NCBI GenBank assembly: GCA_002454975.1
Contig: DKJZ01000109.1
Span: 11,685-75,684, forward strand
Direction: 5' to 3'
Length of the DNA: 64,000 nucleotides
DNA from: Hylemonella sp. UBA6679
GTDB lineage: Bacteria; Pseudomonadota; Gammaproteobacteria; Burkholderiales; Burkholderiaceae_C
Position numbers and translations under genes: made by a program. Under the pieces are notes generated by a model that was given only the letters and a program-made list of their open reading frames with translations, ran no database searches and had not been told where the DNA came from. Shown here piece by piece: positions 9,252-18,296 of this stretch (the first letter of the stretch is position 1; every line of letters begins with the position of its first letter).

Positions 9252-10067
9252 TTATTGGAAGCTTGTACTTTTGAAAGAAAACCCTTGACCTTTTTTGGGG
9301 CCGCTGGTTTTGATGGCCAAAAAATAAAGCGTTTTAGGTGAGCTGGTTATGACTGCAATACCAGTCATCGTGAAAGTGAACACATCAGGATTGGCTTCAG
9401 AGAATTGGCATCCACCTAGCGCAGCTAATTGCAAACTCACGTTGAAAACGTTGATTTGAGACGATGGCGTGAAGGTGACGTTCGAAATTGCACATGAAGT
9501 GAAATTAAAGTCTGCCGCAGAACCTGAGTTGCCATTGATGCTAAAGACAATATCTTTATTGGGAATTACAGCAATGTTCCCATGGGAAATTTCACCAGTC
9601 CAAGTACCTTGTAAATCAGCCAATTGTGATGTGGTGGTGAGCGCATTGAGTGAGGCGCTGACATTTTTCCCTGGATCAGCGCCTGACTGCAAAATATTGA
9701 CGTTTGTTGAAATGCTGGTTGAGGTGGGTGCGCTCATGCTGCCTGAGCCGCTGTGTAGAGGTTTTGCGTTTGACGGAAAATAAACCAACTCGCCAGTTGC
9801 TGCTGACGGTGCAGAAGACCCCACGCCACTGAACTTGCCGCTGTAGAGGTCTGCGTTATTTGTTGGGTAGTGCAGCGAATACCAGTTGGTCGCAACGGTG
9901 TCCGGCAGAAGCACGGTCAGCCATTGCCCTCCATCCACAGTTCCGCTGTAAACCCCCGGGCTCACATTCAAAGGCGTGCTGCTTGAGCTGCCGCCCCCGC
10001 CACAACCAGCCAGTCCCAATGTCAGTGCCAGCAAGCAGCTGGTGATCAGTGTCTGTAAGCACGGCAT
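9252..10067 (-). CDS. Hypothetical lipoprotein
   Basis: The lipobox LGLAGC follows a hydrophobic N-terminus (MPCLQTLITSCLLALTLGLAGCGGGG). I trimmed the track ORF (ends 10115) to this Met. Ser/Thr/Asn-rich, and visibly lower G+C than its neighbours. Confidence 0.6.
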   Translation of the reverse strand: MPCLQTLITSCLLALTLGLAGCGGGGSSSSTPLNVSPGVYSGTVDGGQWLTVLLPDTVATNWYSLHYPTNNADLYSGKFSGVGSSAPSAATGELVYFPSNAKPLHSGSGSMSAPTSTSISTNVNILQSGADPGKNVSASLNALTTTSQLADLQGTWTGEISHGNIAVIPNKDIVFSINGNSGSAADFNFTSCAISNVTFTPSSQINVFNVSLQLAALGGCQFSEANPDVFTFTMTGIAVITSSPKTLYFLAIKTSGPKKGQGFSFKSTSFQ

Positions 10068-10102
10068 GTTGCTAATCCTGGTTTTTAATTTATATTGCGT
10101 GC

Positions 10103-10504
10103 ATGAAACGCACACGCCAAATCGCCATTCTGACCGCTCTTGCGGGGCTCACTGTCACGCATGCGCCGCTCGCTGTTGCCGACGTGAAAGCCATTGGCTC
10201 GAGTGACAACGCCGTTTACTACGTCGATACCGACACCCTCAAACGTACCGGAGACGTCCGCACGTTTTGGTCGATCATGGACTACAAAAAAACCCAAACC
10301 ACCTCGCGTGGGGCATCTTATTTGTCCACCCGTACCAACATGGAAATCAACTGCAAAGACCAGACGGTGCTGATGCGGCAGTTCAGCATGCACAGCGGCG
10401 CGATGGCTAAAGGCGATGTGCTCGACACGCAAGGTATTTTGCGTGACGCGCAAGCCATACCACCCGGTACCCCGTTGTTCAACATCATGCGGGCGGTTTG
10501 CTAA
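10103..10504 (+). CDS. Small secreted protein, possibly surface-adhesin-E-like
   Basis: Signal peptide MKRTRQIAILTALAGLTVTHAPLAVA. The body (YYVDTDTLKRTGDVRTFWSIMDY...EINCKDQT) resembles the protein-E-like family from memory; the function is uncertain. Confidence 0.5.
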   Translation: MKRTRQIAILTALAGLTVTHAPLAVADVKAIGSSDNAVYYVDTDTLKRTGDVRTFWSIMDYKKTQTTSRGASYLSTRTNMEINCKDQTVLMRQFSMHSGAMAKGDVLDTQGILRDAQAIPPGTPLFNIMRAVC

Positions 10505-10506
10505 TT

Positions 10507-10965
10507 TCATGACAAGCGGCGCTGGTTGAACTGCATCACGCCCAGCTCGTCCATCCGTCTCTGCTCTTGCAGGTTGTTTTGTCGTCGCATGTCGCGTTCA
10601 TTTTGTTCAGCCAGTGACTGCATTTTGATGCGCTCTTTTTCAACCACCAACAGCCGCTCGCGGTAGCCATCCAACAAGTTGCTGGTATGCAAGATGTCTT
10701 TCGAGACGCGCTCAAGCAACGTGAGCAGCTGCGCCATGAACTGGCGCTGGCTCATCGCCTCACGCATACCTTGTGAGCTGCTGCCTGGTCGGTTGAGCTG
10801 CTCGCAATATTCCTGGTACATCTGCTGGACCCGGTCGCGGCTGGCTTGCAGCTTGGCCAAGCGGTGTCGGGTTTGTGTCATTTCTTGATGGATCAAGTCC
10901 AGTTCGTCTTGCGCCTTGTGCGCCAGCAAGTTCCAGCAAGGGCGTGCGACCACTGGTGTGTTCAT
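10507..10965 (-). CDS. fliJ: Flagellar export chaperone-like protein FliJ
   Basis: 152-aa coiled-coil protein immediately downstream of fliI, overlapping it by 4 nt. Typical size, position and composition. Confidence 0.75.
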   Translation of the reverse strand: MNTPVVARPCWNLLAHKAQDELDLIHQEMTQTRHRLAKLQASRDRVQQMYQEYCEQLNRPGSSSQGMREAMSQRQFMAQLLTLLERVSKDILHTSNLLDGYRERLLVVEKERIKMQSLAEQNERDMRRQNNLQEQRRMDELGVMQFNQRRLS

Positions 10966-12293
10966 GACAGCATCTCTCGCAAATGTGCACGGGTACTTTG
11001 CTCGTCTTCACATGCATGCATGTCTTGACGTAAAAACACCTCAAGGCTCTCTCGCAGGCGTATGGCCTCGTCAAGTTGTGGGTTGCTGCCGGCTTCGTAG
11101 GCACCCACCTGAATCAAGTCTTGGTTTTGTTGGTAGAGCGACCACAAGCGCCGGCATTTATTGGCCAGCTTCAGGTCTTCGGGGGGCAGCAGGTTTTGCA
11201 TAACCCGTGAGATCGAGCCGTTCAAATCGATGGCAGGGTAATGGGCGGCATCGGCGAGTTTGCGCGAGAGCATCACTTGGCCGTCTAGCGATGCACGGGC
11301 AATGTCCACAATTGGATCGTTGGCGTCGTCGCCTTCTGCCAGCACAGTGTAAATCGCGGTGATGGAGCCGTGGCCATGCCGTCCAACCCCTGCTCGCTCA
11401 ATCAAGCTGGGCAACAGCGCAAACACCGATGGCGGATAGCCTTTGGCGGTGGGCGGTTCGCCAATCGCCAAGCCAATTTCTCGTTGGGCATGGGCCACAC
11501 GCGTGAGGCTGTCCACCAGCATCAGCACATTCAAGCCTTGATCGCGGAAATACTCAGCCACCAAGTGCGTCATGTGGGCCGACTTCAAACGCAGCACGGG
11601 CGATACATTGGCCGGTGCGGCAATCACCACCGACTTGGCCAGGCCCTCAGGGCCTAAAGATTCTTGAATGAAGGCTTGCACCTCGCGGCCGCGTTCGCCA
11701 ATCAGGCCAATCACCACCACATCGGCCTTGGTAAAGCGGGCCATCATGCCCAGCAACACACTTTTTCCCACGCCAGAGCCAGCGACCAAGCCAACGCGTT
11801 GGCCACGACCCAGGGTCATCATGCCGTTGATGGCTTTCACGCCCACGTCCAGCACCCGGTCTATCGGACCGCGCTCCATGGGGTTCAAAGGCAAACCCAG
11901 CAAACTCAGACGTGTGTCGCACTGGGGCTTGGGCAAACCGTCCAGCGGCTCGCCACGGCCATCCAACACGCGGCCCAAAAGTTCAGGGCCTAGGCACACA
12001 CTGCCCATGTCTTTGATCACCCGAACGGTGGCGCCAGGGGCCACACCTACCGGGTCGGTCAGGGGCATGAGGTACAGGGTTTTGTCATTGAAGCCCACCA
12101 CCTCGGCTTCGATGGTCTGGCCGTCTTGGGTGCTGATGTCGCAGCATGACCCAATCGGTGCCATGATGCCGCGCGCCTCTAAACGCAAACCCACCAGCCG
12201 CACCAAGGTGCCACAGCGCTCGGGCCGGGGGGCGTTGAGTTGTGGCAACTGCCGCGCCACCTCCATGGCAAAGTCAGTCTGCATGGTCCTCAC
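10962..12293 (-). CDS. fliI: Flagellum-specific ATPase FliI
   Basis: Walker A motif GSGVGKSVLLGMM and F1/T3SS-ATPase-like sequence throughout. GTG start at 12293, or ATG at 12284. Confidence 0.95.
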   Translation of the reverse strand: MRTMQTDFAMEVARQLPQLNAPRPERCGTLVRLVGLRLEARGIMAPIGSCCDISTQDGQTIEAEVVGFNDKTLYLMPLTDPVGVAPGATVRVIKDMGSVCLGPELLGRVLDGRGEPLDGLPKPQCDTRLSLLGLPLNPMERGPIDRVLDVGVKAINGMMTLGRGQRVGLVAGSGVGKSVLLGMMARFTKADVVVIGLIGERGREVQAFIQESLGPEGLAKSVVIAAPANVSPVLRLKSAHMTHLVAEYFRDQGLNVLMLVDSLTRVAHAQREIGLAIGEPPTAKGYPPSVFALLPSLIERAGVGRHGHGSITAIYTVLAEGDDANDPIVDIARASLDGQVMLSRKLADAAHYPAIDLNGSISRVMQNLLPPEDLKLANKCRRLWSLYQQNQDLIQVGAYEAGSNPQLDEAIRLRESLEVFLRQDMHACEDEQSTRAHLREMLS

Positions 12294-13344
12294 CCGTCGA
12301 CTCAGGTGGTGGCTCTGATCGATCCGAGGCTTCCAAGTCTTCTGCGCTGGCCATGGGTTCTTCTATGGAACCTGTAGCAGTAATGCCTTCTGTATCAAGG
12401 GTTCCAGGCCTAATTCCAGGTATGCCAACAGCGACAAATGTCGGTTTGGGCATGGCGTCTTGCACCGCTGCCGCTTGGCTACGCGCTTGCAAACGTTGCG
12501 GTTCAAACAGACTTTGGGCTTGCCAGCGTTGGGGCTCAAGCAGTAGCGTGGTAGCCATGGCCGACAAACGATGTTCGACCAAGTCGCTCACCACGGCATC
12601 ATCGGCCGTGACCCTGACGCTGCCAGGCAGCAGGTCGACATGGGCTTGCAGGCGCCAAGAACTTGGCATCTCTTGCCCAAGTCGACTTTGCAACAAGGCC
12701 AAATCATCGGGGTTGAGGTCTACCACCACTTGGCTCGAAGCTGGCACATCCAGTGTTTCAAGGCAACGTTCAATCAAGCGCTGAGTGCCCGTAGGGTCAA
12801 TGGTGAGTTCGGTGAGCACCAGTTGCTCTGCCAAGTGCACAGCCAAACGTTTCAGTGGCTCGTAGCGCAGGGCAGGGTGTTCGTGCAGCCCTTCAATGCT
12901 GGCCTGAATTTTTTCAAGCAAGGTGTGTGTGTGCTGGGCCAGTTGTGCCTCTGAGTCCGCTTGACGAAGCGCCTGGTCTTCAGCTTGTTGCGCCAGTTGC
13001 AACTCACGCCCTTCGGCCAAGCCGCGCTCATAGGCCAGTTGTCGGATCGCTTCGATTTCATCGTCATGCAAGCCTGCATGGACGGGTGCGCTGCCACTGT
13101 TCTCGTCTGACCTGTCATGTCCTGGGTGGAGGTTGTCCTGTGCTGCAGCGATGGGAGCAAGCGCGCTGAGACTTTTGTAAGTTGAGCGCGTGAAGTGAGA
13201 AGTTTGCCCTGTACCGTCTTGCACCCGAACAAAGCCTTTGTTTTCCAACACTTTGAGAGACGGCAGAGGCTGCCAGATGGCCGTCTCTTTGGGGCCGTGT
13301 TGATGGGCTGGCGCCATCAGAGTCTTAGACAAAGTCTGCTCCAC
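12274..13344 (-). CDS. fliH: Flagellar assembly protein FliH (long form)
   Basis: Lies between fliG and fliI. Central charged/coiled-coil region and a C-terminal FliH-like domain. Start is GTG at 13344 or ATG at 13317. Confidence 0.75.
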   Translation of the reverse strand: MEQTLSKTLMAPAHQHGPKETAIWQPLPSLKVLENKGFVRVQDGTGQTSHFTRSTYKSLSALAPIAAAQDNLHPGHDRSDENSGSAPVHAGLHDDEIEAIRQLAYERGLAEGRELQLAQQAEDQALRQADSEAQLAQHTHTLLEKIQASIEGLHEHPALRYEPLKRLAVHLAEQLVLTELTIDPTGTQRLIERCLETLDVPASSQVVVDLNPDDLALLQSRLGQEMPSSWRLQAHVDLLPGSVRVTADDAVVSDLVEHRLSAMATTLLLEPQRWQAQSLFEPQRLQARSQAAAVQDAMPKPTFVAVGIPGIRPGTLDTEGITATGSIEEPMASAEDLEASDRSEPPPESTGEDHAD

Positions 13345-14377
13345 CGCCTAAGACCAGCTCGCCGGAATCCGATAACTTGCGAGCAATACGCATGACCTTT
13401 TTCTGCGCTTCTTCCACATCGGCAAGACGCATGAGGCCCTTGGCTTCCATGTCGTCGCGAAACATACCGCGCGCGCGTTCGGACATGTTGTCAAAGAAGC
13501 GATTCTTCGCCTCTTCGCTGGCGCCTTTCATGGCGATCATCAACAGATCAGGTTCCACATTGCGCATGAGTACCTGGATGCCCTTGTTGTCCACGCTCAC
13601 CAAATTCTCAAAGGTGAACATGTTGTCCTGAATGCGTTGCATCAGGTCGGCATCGATTTTTTCCAGGCCCGTCATGATCGAGGCTTCGAGCTCAGTCTTG
13701 GTGGCGTTCAAGATTTGCGCAGCTGCTTTGATGCCACCAAAACTGGAAGACTGTGCGTTGGAGTTGTTGGAGAACTGTTTCTTCATGATGGCTTCAAGCT
13801 CATCCATGGCCGAAGGCTGCACAGTTTCAAGCGAGGCCACCCGTTGAATCACCTCAGGTCGCACCATCGCAGGCAAGAAGTTCAGCACATCAGCTGCCAC
13901 TTGGTACTCCAGCACTGACAAAATGATGGCGATCACCTGCGGGTGCTCGGTTTTGATCATGTCGGCAATCGCACGTGCATCCATCCACTGCAAAATCTCC
14001 AAGCCTTTGGTGCCTGAGCCCGGCATGATGCGACCCAACACCGAGGCGGCTTTGTCCTCACCCAGAGCACGGCGAAAAACCTTCTCCACGTACTCGGAGT
14101 TGCCCAATCCCAAGCTGGATTGCTTCTTGATGGTGGCCACAAAGTCGTCCAAGATCACGTTCACCGCTTCTTGCGAGACATCCGACACAGACACCATGGC
14201 GCCGCCGAGTGACTGCACCTCTTTGGGATCCAGGTACTTGATGATTTCACTGGCCTGTTGCTCACCCAGTAAAAGCATGAGCACTGCCGCGCGTTGCGAG
14301 CCGGTCATGTATTCGAGCTCGACACGCAGGGCGTCGGTCATTGCGGGTTCCAGGTCCAACACTTCTTTGTCTGCCAT
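13325..14377 (-). CDS. fliG: Flagellar motor switch protein FliG
   Basis: 350 aa. Contains GSQRAAVLMLLLGEQQASEIIKYL, MFTFENL and a conserved charged C-terminal helix region. Confidence 0.95.
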   Translation of the reverse strand: MADKEVLDLEPAMTDALRVELEYMTGSQRAAVLMLLLGEQQASEIIKYLDPKEVQSLGGAMVSVSDVSQEAVNVILDDFVATIKKQSSLGLGNSEYVEKVFRRALGEDKAASVLGRIMPGSGTKGLEILQWMDARAIADMIKTEHPQVIAIILSVLEYQVAADVLNFLPAMVRPEVIQRVASLETVQPSAMDELEAIMKKQFSNNSNAQSSSFGGIKAAAQILNATKTELEASIMTGLEKIDADLMQRIQDNMFTFENLVSVDNKGIQVLMRNVEPDLLMIAMKGASEEAKNRFFDNMSERARGMFRDDMEAKGLMRLADVEEAQKKVMRIARKLSDSGELVLGGGADFV

Positions 14378-14387
14378 GGTCTATCCT

Positions 14388-16232
14388 TCAAAGCGATGAC
14401 TTGATCATGCCCTTGAGCACGCTTGCCACTCGGTTGGTGTCCTCTGCCACGATCATCCGCACCAGTGCCACCTTGTCGTCGTAGGTGTTGGCGGTGTCCA
14501 GCATTTCCAGGGAAATACTTGATTTCTTGGGCTTGAGCTTGGCCTTGATTTGCTCCAAGGTTTCACCTTCGCCCAACTGGATTGAGTTCATGTCTTCAGC
14601 GGTCAGCTCGCCATCAGGCAAGACCACCGGCAGCTTGGCGATGCGCTCAGCTTCGAGTTCATCAGGTGTTTTCATCAAGCCCATCATGCGCATGACCACG
14701 GGGCGCACCACCATGAACAAGAAGGCCAGGAACATCACCCCCACAATGCCGCTCTTGATGCTGCTCACCACGGATTCTTCTTTGTACCAGGGTTGGCTCA
14801 GGTCGTACACCTTCTCGGGTTCAAACTTGGCTTGCACCACGGTCACCAGGTCGCCGCGGTCCTCTTTGAAGCCCACCACGCCACGAATCAGGCTTTGCAT
14901 GCGCGTCAGTTCTTCATCGGTGTAGGGGTTCGGTTTATCAGGTCCCACTTCACCCTTGGCGTTTTTCTCGCCTGGCATCGGGGGGCGCTCATTCACCACC
15001 ACGGCCACGCTCACGCGCTCAATGGTGCCAGTGGCTGATTTCACGTGCTTGACCGAGCGGTCCAGCTCATAGTTTCTGGTGGCGCGTTGTGTGGCCGAGT
15101 TGATGCTTTCCTTAGGGCCTGTGGTGCCCGCAGGACCGGTGGTAGGCGCAGCAGAGGGCGCAGCCGGTGGTGTGTTGGACAACGTGCCAGGCACGCCTTC
15201 CGACGGTACTTTGCTCGAGTTCTTGTCTTCACTCACCGCTTCAGAACGGGTTTTCGGTCCCTTTTCACGGGTGTCGAAGTCCTCGGTGGTCATCTCGGTT
15301 TGTGTGAAATCGAGAGACAGGTTGACCTGTGAGGTGATGTTGGCTGAACCCACGAACGGGCTCAATATTTCCGTGATGCGTTGCCGGTACAGCTCTTCGA
15401 GCTTTTGCTTGTGCTGCGCTTGGGCAGCGTTCAAGCCCATCGAGGCTTCGCCCAAGCCGTTGGTGTAGAGCTTGCCTTGGTTATCAAGCACTGCAACATT
15501 TTCAGTGGCCATCAAGGGCACACTGGAGGCCACCAAATTTACCAAGGCTTGCACTTGCGAAGCTGTGATGCTGCGGCCCGGGTAGGGCGTGACCACCACC
15601 GATGCTTTGGGAGGCGTGCGGTCGCGCATGAACACCGACTGCTTGGGCATGGCCAAGTGCACACGTGCTGATTGAATGGTGTCGATGGCCGTGATGCTTC
15701 GTGCCAACTCTTGTTCCATGGCCGTGGTGTAACGCACCTGTTCCATGAATTGGCTGGTGGTCATGGCCGACTGGTCTTTGAGCGAATCCATGCCCGTGCT
15801 TCCCGCCTTGGGTAAGCCTTTGGACGCCAGAAAAATACGTGCCTCATGGTAGCGGTTGGCTGGCACCGTTATTTGGCCCGTTGACGTGTCGAGTTGCGGT
15901 TTGAACTCGGCTTGGCGTAAAGCTTCGAGGGCAGCTTGCTGGTCTGACTCACTCATGCTGGTTGCCAGCGGGCGGTAGGCCGGTTGGTTCACCCACACAT
16001 AAGCCAGCACAAACATGGCCATGGCCAACGCAATCAGTGCTAATGGCACATATTTTTTGACATCGGGTTGGTTGAAAAAGCTTTTGATGGGCGAGAGCGG
16101 ACTGGCGACGGCCAGCGCACCTCCCGAGCTGGTGGTTGTGACCGCACTGCTGCCAGTGGCCATCAAGGCTGTGTTTTTTGAAGCGTCAGCGGTGGCTAAA
16201 CCGGGCTGAAATGGCGCTGTGGTGGTTGCCAT
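14388..16232 (-). CDS. fliF: Flagellar MS-ring protein FliF
   Basis: 614 aa with two TM segments flanking a large periplasmic region. Typical FliF sequence and position upstream of fliG. Confidence 0.95.
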   Translation of the reverse strand: MATTTAPFQPGLATADASKNTALMATGSSAVTTTSSGGALAVASPLSPIKSFFNQPDVKKYVPLALIALAMAMFVLAYVWVNQPAYRPLATSMSESDQQAALEALRQAEFKPQLDTSTGQITVPANRYHEARIFLASKGLPKAGSTGMDSLKDQSAMTTSQFMEQVRYTTAMEQELARSITAIDTIQSARVHLAMPKQSVFMRDRTPPKASVVVTPYPGRSITASQVQALVNLVASSVPLMATENVAVLDNQGKLYTNGLGEASMGLNAAQAQHKQKLEELYRQRITEILSPFVGSANITSQVNLSLDFTQTEMTTEDFDTREKGPKTRSEAVSEDKNSSKVPSEGVPGTLSNTPPAAPSAAPTTGPAGTTGPKESINSATQRATRNYELDRSVKHVKSATGTIERVSVAVVVNERPPMPGEKNAKGEVGPDKPNPYTDEELTRMQSLIRGVVGFKEDRGDLVTVVQAKFEPEKVYDLSQPWYKEESVVSSIKSGIVGVMFLAFLFMVVRPVVMRMMGLMKTPDELEAERIAKLPVVLPDGELTAEDMNSIQLGEGETLEQIKAKLKPKKSSISLEMLDTANTYDDKVALVRMIVAEDTNRVASVLKGMIKSSL

Positions 16233-16261
16233 AGGATGGGTCTTTCTTGTTGTTGGTCAGC

Positions 16262-16606
16262 TCACACCGGCATATTCAAAATATCTTCGTAGGCCTTGAG
16301 CACCTTGTTGCGCACCTGCAAGGTGGCTTCAAAGGCAATCGAGGATTTCTGCATGTTGAGCACCACATCGGTCAGCGGTACGCCCTCACCACGCTCGTAG
16401 GCGTTGATGGTTTGCGCAGATTTGTTTTGCAACTCATTGACACTCTTTAAGCTACTTTTGATGGCATCACTGAAACTGTTGGTACTCTGAACTTGTCCGT
16501 CCAGGCTCGCACCCATGTCCCCCATGCCTTGGCTGGCCGTCGCTTGGTAGGCGCGGATGGTTTGCAACATGGACTGGATGTTGATTTGCGAATTGATGCG
16601 TTCCAT
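16262..16606 (-). CDS. fliE: Flagellar hook-basal body complex protein FliE
   Basis: 114 aa; the C-terminus LQVRNKVLKAYEDILNMPV is typical of FliE. Confidence 0.9.
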   Translation of the reverse strand: MERINSQINIQSMLQTIRAYQATASQGMGDMGASLDGQVQSTNSFSDAIKSSLKSVNELQNKSAQTINAYERGEGVPLTDVVLNMQKSSIAFEATLQVRNKVLKAYEDILNMPV

Positions 16607-16620
16607 GGAGGGTCTCCTGA

Positions 16621-18168
16621 TCAGGTGGCCATGGCGAATGAGCTTGCCTGTGCGCTGGCTTGGGCTGGCTCGCCTTTGAGCTTGGCCAGCTTGTAGCGCA
16701 GGGTGCGTGGGCTGATGCCAAGTTTTTTGGCCGCTTCCATGCGGCTGTCTGTGCTTTGAATGGCTGCAAGAATGAGCTGGTGTTCGTTGGATTTCACCGC
16801 AGCTTGCAAATTGGCAGCCACCTGCTGTGGCACAAACGTCTGGGGCTCACCCGGGGCTGAATCAGGCAGGTGGATGTCAAAGGGCTCGCGCAACACCGTA
16901 GGGGAGGGTGGCAGGTTGGGCGCAGCGCACGTTGCCACACCTTGTGTGGGTGCAAGGTCATCAAACATCAGGTGCTGCGCTTCAATGCACGGGCCGTTGC
17001 ACAACACCACTGCGCGTTGCACCACGTTTTCCAACTCACGCACATTGCCTGGCCAGCCATAAGCGAGGAGTTGGGTTTGTGCCTCGGCACTCACCGAGAA
17101 CTGCCTGCCTTCGCCGCCATGGCGAATCAACAAAGCTGCCACCAAGGGAAGAATGTCGCCTGGCCGCTCGCGCAGCGGCGGCACACGCAACTTGAAGGTG
17201 CTGATGCGAAAGTAAAGGTCTTCGCGAAACTCGCGCGCGGCCATGGCGGTGCGCAGGTCTTTGTTGGTGGCGGCAACCACGCGCACATCGACAAGCACCG
17301 TGCGTTCAGCACCCAGTCGGGTGAGTTGTCGCTCTTGCAGTACGCGCAGCAACTTGGCTTGCAGGTGCAGGGGCATCTCACCAATTTCATCGAGGAACAG
17401 CGTGCCGCCTTGGGCTTGTTCAAACAGGCCTTTGAAGTCTTTTTGCGCGCCAGTGAAAGCGCCTTTTTCGTGGCCAAACAACATGTCGTCAATCAACTGC
17501 TCGGGCAGGGCCGCGCAGTTCAAGCCGACAAACGGGCCATTGGCACGGGCTGATGATTCGTGCAACACACGCGCCAAAATTTCTTTACCCGCACCTGTGG
17601 GGCCTTCAATCAAAGCCGTCACATTGGCTTGGGCCACACGCTGTGCCAAGGCCAGCAGGTGGCGGCTGATGGGGTCCACATACACCAGCTTGCGTTGGAT
17701 GGGCTCGGCTGTCGCGGGCTGTGATGGTGCGCGTTGCGCTTTGTAAGACGGCACCACCGAGTTGATCGCCTTGAGGGCTTGCTCTTTGACCTGGGCATGG
17801 GCCGCTTCGGCGGCTGTTTGCCAGCTGGCAGCCGACCAGTCGTCAGTGGCCAGCGCAAAAGCTGCACCTTGGCGCATGGCATCTACTGCCAGGTTCATTT
17901 GGCGACGGTCCACGCGGCAAATCAGGGGTAGGCTGTCACCTACGGTCCTGAACAGCTCTTTAGCGCTTTCAAGCAGGCTGTAGGTGGGGTCATGCCGGAT
18001 GGCCAAACACTGCGCTTGCTGGTTTTGCAAGGCGGTTTGTAAGTCATCCAAGGTGTGAATGCAGTGGATGGCCAAGCCCGCAGCCGTAAGCTGGGCGTGC
18101 TCGGACACCCCAAGTGGCTCGAGGGGATCGAGCCAGAGGATCGTGGGCGCATTGTTCGGAGAACTCAT
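16621..18168 (-). CDS. Sigma-54-dependent enhancer-binding protein, FleQ-like, with a degenerate receiver-like N-domain
   Basis: AAA+ core (GPTGAGKEILARVLH, GAFTGA, ELENVV) and a C-terminal Fis-type HTH (AAKKLGISPRTLRYKLAKLK). The N-domain lacks the DD / phospho-Asp / Lys receiver pattern (ILWLDPLEP, CLAIRHDP). Confidence 0.9.
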   Translation of the reverse strand: MSSPNNAPTILWLDPLEPLGVSEHAQLTAAGLAIHCIHTLDDLQTALQNQQAQCLAIRHDPTYSLLESAKELFRTVGDSLPLICRVDRRQMNLAVDAMRQGAAFALATDDWSAASWQTAAEAAHAQVKEQALKAINSVVPSYKAQRAPSQPATAEPIQRKLVYVDPISRHLLALAQRVAQANVTALIEGPTGAGKEILARVLHESSARANGPFVGLNCAALPEQLIDDMLFGHEKGAFTGAQKDFKGLFEQAQGGTLFLDEIGEMPLHLQAKLLRVLQERQLTRLGAERTVLVDVRVVAATNKDLRTAMAAREFREDLYFRISTFKLRVPPLRERPGDILPLVAALLIRHGGEGRQFSVSAEAQTQLLAYGWPGNVRELENVVQRAVVLCNGPCIEAQHLMFDDLAPTQGVATCAAPNLPPSPTVLREPFDIHLPDSAPGEPQTFVPQQVAANLQAAVKSNEHQLILAAIQSTDSRMEAAKKLGISPRTLRYKLAKLKGEPAQASAQASSFAMAT

Positions 18169-18209
18169 GTCGGGCCTTGCCTTGTCTGCATGTCAATGCA
18201 TGACGATGT

Positions 18210-18224
18210 GCAAAACCCGTGCCA
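18210..18224 (-). promoter_or_regulatory. Sigma-54 promoter of the FleQ-like gene
   Basis: The minus strand reads TGGCAC-GGGTT-TTGC. Predicted TSS is about 18198, 30 nt before the ATG at 18168. Confidence 0.7.
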
Positions 18225-18228
18225 AGCG

Positions 18229-18255
18229 AAAAAAGCCCTAAATAAGGGCTTTTTC
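18229..18255 (-). terminator. Rho-independent terminator after the large flagellin gene
   Basis: AGCCCT-AAATA-AGGGCT hairpin flanked by an A-run and a T-run, 42 nt downstream of the flagellin stop (18297). Confidence 0.7.
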
Positions 18256-18264
18256 CACCGTTTT

Positions 18265-18280
18265 TGTCAATTTATTGACA
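18265..18280. promoter_or_regulatory. 16-bp palindrome TGTCAATTTATTGACA, candidate enhancer (UAS) site
   Basis: Inverted repeat GTCAAT-TT-ATTGAC centred about 74 bp upstream of the predicted TSS of the 18210-18224 sigma-54 promoter. It resembles the P. aeruginosa FleQ box GTCaNTAAAtTGAC as I recall it. Confidence 0.4.
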
Positions 18281-18296
18281 CCCCCGGCTGGGGTCA

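Noticed and set aside
13349-13375. TCCGATAA (a near-consensus sigma-28 -10 box) on the plus strand at the fliG/fliH junction
   Set aside because: No acceptable -35 box lies at 11-nt spacing (TAAGACCA), and it is antisense to the operon.
16705-16720. TGGCAT-containing sequence inside the 3' end of the FleQ-like gene that could have served fliE
   Set aside because: The GC element is again displaced by one position, and the -12 region reads ACGC/CACG rather than TTGC.
18265-18270. TTGACA hexamers within the 18265-18280 palindrome, read as a sigma-70 -35 box for the FleQ-like gene
   Set aside because: No acceptable -10 hexamer lies 16-18 nt downstream on the minus strand (CCTTAT/CTTATT). A perfect sigma-54 promoter is present instead.
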